From IMG/VR virus record IMGVR_UViG_3300020236_000031, positions 1 to 41,579 of that record: 41,579 nucleotides of DNA; one strand, 5' to 3'. The notes below the pieces were generated by a model. That model was not told the origin of the DNA and did no database searches. It saw only the letters and a list, made by a program, of their open reading frames with translations. Positions 35,998 through 41,579 of this stretch are shown here, piece by piece. How positions within the stretch are numbered: the first letter of the stretch is position 1; the number at the start of each line of letters is the position of its first letter. This stretch comes from a virus. Taxonomy: Duplodnaviria; Caudoviricetes. The translations under genes and the position numbers were made by a program.

Positions 35998-36986
35998 CCA
36001 ACGAAGACGAAATCCTAGAAGGCGAGTTCACAGAAGAATCTGCGGAAATCGTGCATGTCCCAGGCAAGACTGTGCAGCTGGGCATGATCGAGCTTAATCC
36101 CGATGAGTTGATTGAGCACGCAGTTGTCATGGCAAACGCATTAAAGGACATCATATTGCGCCAGCGCCTCTACTCAATGATTAGAGGCAAGGCGCACGTT
36201 CATGCCGAAGGTTGGGCAGCATGCGGAGCCATGCTAGGCGTTCTGCCAAGAGAGAGACCAGAGCTTACTGTCTATTTGCCAGACATTCAGGGATGGTCCG
36301 CTTACGTGGACTTGGTACGTATGTCTGACATGGCGATTGTTGGTGGTGCAGGCGCTATCTGTACCAGGACAGAGGAACAATGGGAGGATAGAGACGAGTA
36401 CGCAATGCGCTCGATGGCTGTCACCAGGGCAACTGGCAAGGCGTATCGTCTTGGCTTTGCATGGATCATGAAATTAGCAGGGTACGAAGTCTTGCCTTCT
36501 GAGGAAGCAGAGGGAAAGGTCCAGATCGCCGGCGCCAAGGACAGAGAGGGCGAGGCTGGCAACGGGGATACGAGAGATGATTTTCCTCCGCCTCGTGAGG
36601 AAGAAGGGCCAACGAAGGGATTGAAGCATGGTCTCCAGGGCAAAAAGAAACGCGGCAAGGCAAAGCCGAAACCCCCCGTCAAACGTAATGAAAACCAATG
36701 GGAGGAAGAAATCATCGCGAAAGCAGTTGACCTGGGCTTTGCGAACCATGCGAAGAACGCGGTCGCAGTGCTGAACCGTTCGGACCTCGGGCAGAAGCAT
36801 TCGTATCCGAATCTGCCGATGGTAGCGGCTATCGCGTGGTTTGTGTGCTGGGATCAGCTTAAGCAGGTTTACTCTGACAAGAGCACGGACCAGAGGCAGA
36901 CACTTTGCTTGGAAGCGTGGACGAATGTGCAGAACAGGGAACAGTACGAAAAGATAGCTCGGCAGTCGCTAGGAATGGAGGAATAA
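35994..36986 (+). CDS. Putative single-strand annealing recombinase (Rad52-superfamily-like)
   Basis: IRGKAHVHAEGW...MAVTRATGKAYRLGF...AGYEVLPSEE, then a disordered linker and a C-terminal domain. Confidence 0.6.
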   Translation: MTNEDEILEGEFTEESAEIVHVPGKTVQLGMIELNPDELIEHAVVMANALKDIILRQRLYSMIRGKAHVHAEGWAACGAMLGVLPRERPELTVYLPDIQGWSAYVDLVRMSDMAIVGGAGAICTRTEEQWEDRDEYAMRSMAVTRATGKAYRLGFAWIMKLAGYEVLPSEEAEGKVQIAGAKDREGEAGNGDTRDDFPPPREEEGPTKGLKHGLQGKKKRGKAKPKPPVKRNENQWEEEIIAKAVDLGFANHAKNAVAVLNRSDLGQKHSYPNLPMVAAIAWFVCWDQLKQVYSDKSTDQRQTLCLEAWTNVQNREQYEKIARQSLGMEE

Positions 36987-37102
36987 TGACTCAGGAATTC
37001 GTAGAGGACGAACGGGATCTGCATTTCGATGACTGCGGCATCTGGTACGACGAGGATTGCGATTGCCCTGTGCGCTGGATCGGGATGGAAGAAGATGCCT
37101 GA
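36986..37102 (+). CDS. Small acidic Cys/His peptide
   Basis: GGAGG RBS, TAATG overlap, H...C...CDC. Confidence 0.5.
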   Translation: MTQEFVEDERDLHFDDCGIWYDEDCDCPVRWIGMEEDA

Positions 37103-37298
37103 TATCATGGAAAATGGGCTAAGCGATGGACACTGGCAAATAGAAGATTTCAAGCAGCGTATAACCGAAGCGGAGTGGCGCAAAATTCTCTTAGGTGACT
37201 ACGACACAATCACTTGTAAGGGACATGTTCGTAAACTGGTTGCATCGAAGATGGGCTACGGAGTAGTAGAGGTCAACAAAGTTCCACTCGAAGCGTGA
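37095..37298 (+). CDS. Hypothetical protein
   Basis: Overlap-coupled ORF. Confidence 0.6.
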   Translation: MPDIMENGLSDGHWQIEDFKQRITEAEWRKILLGDYDTITCKGHVRKLVASKMGYGVVEVNKVPLEA

Positions 37299-37528
37299 GC
37301 ACAGTGCCTTACGTCAGAGATCGCCGCGACCTGGATATCTACCTGCGGGAGCATCTTACGTATTGCCCACGCTGTGGAGGAATGATGGTCCTGATAATGC
37401 CAAAACGCAATCAATTCTTTGAGCCGTTCTACGGCTGCGCAGACTACGATATAGGTTGCAGAGGATCGCGCGAGATCGGATTGGATGGAGAGCCTGTTGA
37501 AGAAGGAGATTGGTGGTGGATGGAATGA
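37295..37528 (+). CDS. Topoisomerase-type C4 zinc-finger protein
   Basis: CPRCGGMMVL...PFYGCADY..GCRGSR. Confidence 0.8.
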   Translation: MSTVPYVRDRRDLDIYLREHLTYCPRCGGMMVLIMPKRNQFFEPFYGCADYDIGCRGSREIGLDGEPVEEGDWWWME

Positions 37529-37756
37529 AACGTACATTCAATAATGTATGATGGGACTCGCCAGAATGGCGGAGATTGCGTTGGGAGAGAGCCCAAGCCG
37601 GTATTGCGCTCCGAGCATTTTACGAGAAATTCCCAGACTTGAAGCCAGTCTACGGCTACGACAGGGATGTCGCGCCCAATGGACTACCACAAGCTCCAGA
37701 AATCTCCGAACCGCTGCCGCCTGAACTCGTAAGTTGAGACGAAGTACAATAAGCAC

Positions 37757-37900
37757 AGCCATTTCGCCTAAGAAACCCAGTGAGTCGAAGCGAGCCAAGG
37801 CGTTAAAGAAATCCATAAAGAACAAGCGAGCCATGTAGTTGAAGTAACCCAGGGTAACAAAGCGAGTCATAACACGAAAGAAATCCAGGGAGGAGAAGCG
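37757..37900 (+). ncRNA. TIGR-like dual-repeat guide array 3 (4 x 36-nt units)
   Basis: AG(C/T)CA starts at 37757, 37793, 37829 and 37865, an exact 36-nt period. Each unit is edge-N9-AG(A/T)AA(C/T)CCA-N9-AGCG. TACAAT lies at 37745-37750. Confidence 0.9.
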
Positions 37901-37901
37901 T

Positions 37902-37929
37902 AGAAAAGCATCAGAAATGGTGCTTTTCT
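37902..37929 (+). terminator. Hairpin/terminator after array 3
   Basis: AGAAAAGCATCA-GAAA-TGGTGCTTTTCT. Confidence 0.75.
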
Positions 37930-38088
37930 CATGTTTCGATGGAGTGCCGCAACCAAGATCGACGTACATTCAGAAGTTGCAAGATATCTTACAAGACGTT
38001 GTGTGTATTGCAATGTATCATACGACCGGGTAACACATTTCCAATCAATCCATTCTCAGTCGTCGGCGTTGAATAACGTGCTGAATAT

Positions 38089-38173
38089 GTAGATTCTGTA
38101 GATTTAGGTAGGTTTGTATAGGTTTACGTAGGTTTTGTAGATTTAGGTAAGTTTAGGTAGGTTTGGTAGATGT
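38089..38173. repeat. Tandem degenerate 9-10 bp repeats (GTAGRTTT core, 9 copies), iteron-like
   Basis: GTAGATTCT GTAGATTTAG GTAGGTTTGT ATAGGTTTAC GTAGGTTTT GTAGATTTAG GTAAGTTTAG GTAGGTTTG GTAGATGT. Confidence 0.85.
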
Positions 38174-38561
38174 TCCATTCCCCGCCTGGCACCCACAGCT
38201 CAACAGCACACATAAACAAGAAACACAATCACACATGGTCGTACCTGTTCTTGTTCTTATTGCTTTTGTTTGTTGTATTGTTGCTCGCCAGCGATTGACG
38301 GCCCATTTTCCACCCGTAGGGAGCGAAATACTGCGTAGGGCGTGAGGGTTTTAGGTGTGTGGGAGACGACGATCTCAGAGGTTGCAGAGGGGAGGGTCTG
38401 GGGGAGACGTAGGAGGGCCCCAGTTGCCGCCCCTGGTAAGCCCACACGCCGGAGTACACCGTGCCAGATAGAATTTAGTCCCGAATGGTTTCTCGCATCG
38501 GGTTGTTCGCCTGCCGGATTGCAGGCGCCGTGTGACCACGGAGGGAGCATCCCCTACGGAC

Positions 38562-38780
38562 TTATTGTTTTGCCGCTACCGGTGATGGCCGGTGCCTATT
38601 GGGTCGGTGTTTCTCTTGAAACTTCTCATCTTGCCGACATTGTTTATTAACGCGAAGAACCCTTCGTCTCCACTGACGAAAGGCTCTATCGTGTTTCCAG
38701 CAGTATTTGGTATCTGCACGCGGTTTCTTACCGCAGATGGAGGATTGATCCTTGATGTACCACTCACAACTTCGTCTCAC
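38562..38780 (-). CDS. Small basic protein with a C-x9-C-x10-C-x2-H motif
   Basis: CEWY...ICGKKPRADTKYCWKH. Confidence 0.55.
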   Translation of the reverse strand: MRRSCEWYIKDQSSICGKKPRADTKYCWKHDRAFRQWRRRVLRVNKQCRQDEKFQEKHRPNRHRPSPVAAKQ

Positions 38781-38783
38781 CGT

Positions 38784-39002
38784 CTAGTTGCCATACGCCG
38801 CCTGTGCAGCCTGGGCGCGGGTGTGCTTTAGGATGAAGCCACGTGGCCCCTTGAAGTTCCATATTCCCGTAGCGTGTTGGCGCTTTATTCCGAGCCCCGC
38901 GCTCCTACCGTGAGGGCGGAGCATCAACACTTGCTTGCCCCGGAATCGGGAGAACTCTCGCCGTAGCGCACTCTCAAGCCCATCAACTGCTGGCTCAATC
39001 AT
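38784..39002 (-). CDS. Hypothetical protein
   Basis: 72-aa ORF in the leftward cluster. Confidence 0.45.
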   Translation of the reverse strand: MIEPAVDGLESALRREFSRFRGKQVLMLRPHGRSAGLGIKRQHATGIWNFKGPRGFILKHTRAQAAQAAYGN

Positions 39003-39098
39003 GGCTCACGCGATCTCCAGACGAGGCAAGGCGGTGAGGATAGAACGCGTCGCTGCAAGGAGGGTTGCCTGTACCTCGTCTGGGGGTGGCGGGAGAAG

Positions 39099-39314
39099 TC
39101 ATTCCGATAGATATGGCGATTCTCCGTCCAGTGCCTTGTTTGCCATACCGCGAATGTCATCCACGAGATGCTCGAGTTCTTTTTCTCCCGAGTATCCGTC
39201 ATGGTTAACGCACACGTCGGCAACTGCTAAGAGCCAGTTCTTCAGTCGGTTGATTTCCTGGATGCGTAGTTCTGCGGTTTCTTTCCAGTTGACCTGGACC
39301 TTGGGCTCAGTCAT
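39099..39314 (-). CDS. Hypothetical protein
   Basis: AGGAG RBS, first gene after the structured leader. Confidence 0.7.
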   Translation of the reverse strand: MTEPKVQVNWKETAELRIQEINRLKNWLLAVADVCVNHDGYSGEKELEHLVDDIRGMANKALDGESPYLSE

Positions 39315-39324
39315 GATCTGCTCC

Positions 39325-39580
39325 TAAAATGCAAAACGCCGACCCGAAGGACGGCGTGACATGACACACGGCCACTCTCATTTTCTTTGGAGCGGCGTTT
39401 TGCACTATAGTTTCGCAACGTGTGGGCATGTCGTAAGGAGAATACACCCTATTTGACTAGTTTGTCAAGTCGTGTATACTGTGGTTGAGATGCACGGGCG
39501 CCTGAACTTCACATCCGAACAGCGGCAAATAGGAAATCCTTTGTGCGGCCCGTGCTGGGGGTTCCTATTTGCCGCTTTTT
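39325..39580. promoter_or_regulatory. Divergent promoters flanked by two structured, attenuator-like leaders
   Basis: + strand TTGACT (39453)-N16-TATACT. - strand TTGACA (39468)-N18-TATTCT. Inverted repeats at 39330-39341/39393-39404 and 39521-39535/39562-39576. Confidence 0.65.
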
Positions 39581-39595
39581 GTATGGGAGGTTGAG

Positions 39596-39880
39596 ATGAA
39601 CTACATTCTCAAAGATGGGAAACCTATTGCAGTTGATGACGTACTGGAATGGGCGCTGTGGTTTGAGACCGCGGAGCGCGTTGTGGCAAAGGACGACATA
39701 GGTGGAGCGCATATCTCTACCATATTCTTGGGCATAGATTACAACTTTGATTCCGGCCCGCCCGTGCTGTGGGAGACGATGATATTTGGTGGTGAGCATG
39801 ATGAATATCAGGAACGATATACGTCGGAGAAGGATGCGAGAGCGGGGCACAAGCGGGCAGTGGAATTGGCGGGAGGATGA
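39596..39880 (+). CDS. Conserved phage hypothetical protein
   Basis: GGAGG RBS. ISTIFLGIDYNF..GPPVLWETMIFGG...RYTS..DARAGH motif. Confidence 0.8.
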   Translation: MNYILKDGKPIAVDDVLEWALWFETAERVVAKDDIGGAHISTIFLGIDYNFDSGPPVLWETMIFGGEHDEYQERYTSEKDARAGHKRAVELAGG

Positions 39881-39881
39881 C

Positions 39882-40049
39882 ATGGTAGCAGCTATATGGT
39901 GGATCGCAGCGTATAAGCTCTACTTTCGCAAGAGACACTCCTGGGGCGTGGCACTGATATTCAGCGTCTTGAGTTGGTATGCGTTGATGCTTATTATCGC
40001 AATAGCAGTCGCGGGCCTTGCAGTTGTTGGACCGTTGTTAGGAGGCTGA
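39882..40049 (+). CDS. Small membrane protein
   Basis: GGAGG RBS, long hydrophobic stretch. Confidence 0.6.
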   Translation: MVAAIWWIAAYKLYFRKRHSWGVALIFSVLSWYALMLIIAIAVAGLAVVGPLLGG

Positions 40050-40050
40050 A

Positions 40051-40275
40051 ATGACCGACGAACCGCTAGAGAAGCAGAAGTGCGTGACCTGTAGCCACTA
40101 CCTCGATGACCCCTACGAGTGCGTCAACTGGCTGATCTGGAAAGGCGCACCCGTTCCGCCTGAACGGAACACTATTCTTCGCAAGATCATGGACGGAACG
40201 GTTGTGGTTCCTGATCTGGTTGTTGACCGTAAAACGGTTTTGACATTTGAGGGCGAGGAGCATGAATTGAGATGA
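40051..40275 (+). CDS. Hypothetical protein
   Basis: AGGAGG RBS, CxxC. Confidence 0.65.
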   Translation: MTDEPLEKQKCVTCSHYLDDPYECVNWLIWKGAPVPPERNTILRKIMDGTVVVPDLVVDRKTVLTFEGEEHELR

Positions 40276-40727
40276 ACGACAAACTGCCAGATCCCGTTAA
40301 GTGCAAATCCTGTGGACTGCTCAACGATCCGTATCCTGAGACTGGACGCTGTATCGGTTGCAGTCGGTGGCTGAAGGGGAATAAGAGTCGCTTCAATAGC
40401 GAGACGAGACGGTCATGGGGACGGGACGCGAAAAGTGCTACCCTATCCCAGAAAGAAATCGCACACAAGATCCTCAAGGATGAAGGCATCGGCTGGAACA
40501 GCGCGACCGAGGGACTGAGACAGCTCGCAATTCAATTCGCTAAGACCGGGCACATCAAGACGTACGAACTGATCCTGCAACAGCTCGACAGACTCAAGGC
40601 CAGACCCAAGTCCAGCGAAGATGTTGTCGAGGCAGAGATCGTTGTCTACCTGACGAGCGATACCGTGGAGAACCTTGAGAAGTCACTGGAGGTGTTGGAT
40701 GAGATCACCCAGCACGATCAAGGATGA
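40272..40727 (+). CDS. Hypothetical protein, candidate terminase small subunit
   Basis: Zn-ribbon N-terminus, GR...WLKGN, AKTGH...LILQQLDRLKARP. Loosely resembles TerS-type proteins. Confidence 0.4.
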   Translation: MNDKLPDPVKCKSCGLLNDPYPETGRCIGCSRWLKGNKSRFNSETRRSWGRDAKSATLSQKEIAHKILKDEGIGWNSATEGLRQLAIQFAKTGHIKTYELILQQLDRLKARPKSSEDVVEAEIVVYLTSDTVENLEKSLEVLDEITQHDQG

Positions 40728-40915
40728 GTGACTTTTTTCTTGTTGTGTATTTGTTGATTGGAACCATTGTTGCAGGGTTAGCATACGGAGTTTTGTCTGA
40801 TGATAAAAAGGACGACGTGCAAGCATTCAACTTATTCATGGTGGCAGTCCTGTGGCCGTTAATGTTGCTTCTGTATGCCGGAGCAGTAGTGGGAGGGATA
40901 TTGCGAGATGCCTGA
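40724..40915 (+). CDS. Two-TM membrane protein
   Basis: Two hydrophobic segments, LWPL motif, ATGA-coupled. Confidence 0.7.
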   Translation: MSDFFLVVYLLIGTIVAGLAYGVLSDDKKDDVQAFNLFMVAVLWPLMLLLYAGAVVGGILRDA

Positions 40916-41315
40916 TCTGCTGTGTCCACATTGTCAGACCGAAGTTGACGAACACGAAGCCGGGCGATGTTTGGATGCGTGGGTGGCGGATGTGGTGATG
41001 GATTACTTTGAAAACTATTCGGGGGCAACTGCCGAATATGTGACAGAGGGTATGTTTGATATGGTGAACGAACATGGGTGGCGCGTTGAGGTTATTCCCG
41101 CCCCTCACTACAGCACCGACATAGCGGCGGCATGGAAGGTGGTGGAGCGGCTGCTAGAGAAAGACAGAATTTCGTCTATCTCGTTCGGAGGTTGGGACAA
41201 TAAGCAATATACGACCTATGTTGTCAGCATTTATAACTTCGACGAGGAAGCAAGCAAGGCCCCTCTCGCCATATGCCGAGCGGCATTGAGGGCCAGTGAA
41301 ATATCCCGAGACTGA
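40908..41315 (+). CDS. Phage ABA-sandwich-domain (BC1872-like) protein
   Basis: AGRCLDAWVA..VM, PHYSTDIAAAWKVVERL, APLAICRAAL. Confidence 0.8.
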   Translation: MPDLLCPHCQTEVDEHEAGRCLDAWVADVVMDYFENYSGATAEYVTEGMFDMVNEHGWRVEVIPAPHYSTDIAAAWKVVERLLEKDRISSISFGGWDNKQYTTYVVSIYNFDEEASKAPLAICRAALRASEISRD

Positions 41316-41579
41316 CCCTGCGACTTACGAGAGTTGGGTGCAGGAGGAATGGCACAGCTATGTCCTTCTGCAACTGAAGGAGCTACTTCTGTTCGTGAGG
41401 AAGATGCCGATTTCCGGACTGCCGATCGGGAAGCTTCGCTCGGCGACGTTTGTTCCTTTCGAGCGCTGGTTCAACCGACAAGTCTCGCTCTACCTGAACG
41501 AGATTGAGGCGTACAACGGAGCATGGAAAGAGCCGGTGGACGACGAGGCGCTTGCGCGTCAGTGGAAGTTGTCGGGACT
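41296..41579 (+). CDS. Hypothetical protein spanning the circular junction (ends at TAG 102-104)
   Basis: GTG AAA TAT CCC... gives MKYPETDPATYESWVQEEW...ARQWKLSGLERP, open across the repeat. Confidence 0.65.
   Translation, partial: MKYPETDPATYESWVQEEWHSYVLLQLKELLLFVRKMPISGLPIGKLRSATFVPFERWFNRQVSLYLNEIEAYNGAWKEPVDDEALARQWKLSG
41489..41579. repeat. Terminal direct repeat, right copy (circular assembly overlap)
   Basis: Exact copy of 1-91. An ORF from GTG 41296 continues across the junction to TAG at 102-104. Confidence 0.97.

Noticed and set aside
37757-37900. CRISPR array
   Set aside because: The repeats are two alternating 9-mers with 9-nt spacers, not 23-50 bp repeats with ~30-bp spacers. 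No cas genes are present.
37538-37969. 143-aa minus-strand ORF with periodic (M/L)ARF...GF motifs
   Set aside because: It is the antisense shadow of the 36-nt array (period divisible by 3). The same applies to ORFs 16564-16827 (-) and 31476-31745 (-), which overlap the other arrays.
38562-39314. Stop-codon recoding joining three same-frame minus-strand ORFs
   Set aside because: TGA and TAG are normal stops throughout the genome (many ATGA overlaps). An overlapping small ORF in another frame explains the gap, and a shared frame has a 1-in-9 chance.

Overview
This window is a complete, circularly assembled tailed dsDNA phage genome. A 91-bp terminal overlap (1-91 = 41489-41579) gives about 41,488 unique bp, and an ORF reads through the junction. 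The + strand late region encodes three DUF115/Maf-like glycosyltransferase paralogs and a SAM methyltransferase, then terminase, HNH, portal, a 2318-aa polyvalent/ejection-type protein, scaffold, DUF5309/SU10-type major capsid, a GT-A glycosyltransferase, virion/tail proteins and a lysis module (GH25 endolysin, SLT, holin). No tape measure or sheath is recognisable, so the phage is probably podovirus-like. The early region holds many small genes around two divergent promoter pairs. I recognised no integrase, polymerase, primase or helicase. The main finding is three dispersed intergenic mini-arrays of exact 36-nt units, AGCCA-N9-AGAAA(C/T)CCA-N9-AGCG, at 16560-16631 (+), 31668-31753 (-) and 37757-37900 (+). 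They total 8 complete units with all spacers different. Each array has a TAnAAT -10 box just upstream and a hairpin just downstream. This matches the TIGR (tandem interspaced guide RNA) architecture, but I found no Nop-domain Tas gene, so these look like orphan guide cassettes working in trans. All protein calls come from motif recognition by eye, not database searches.
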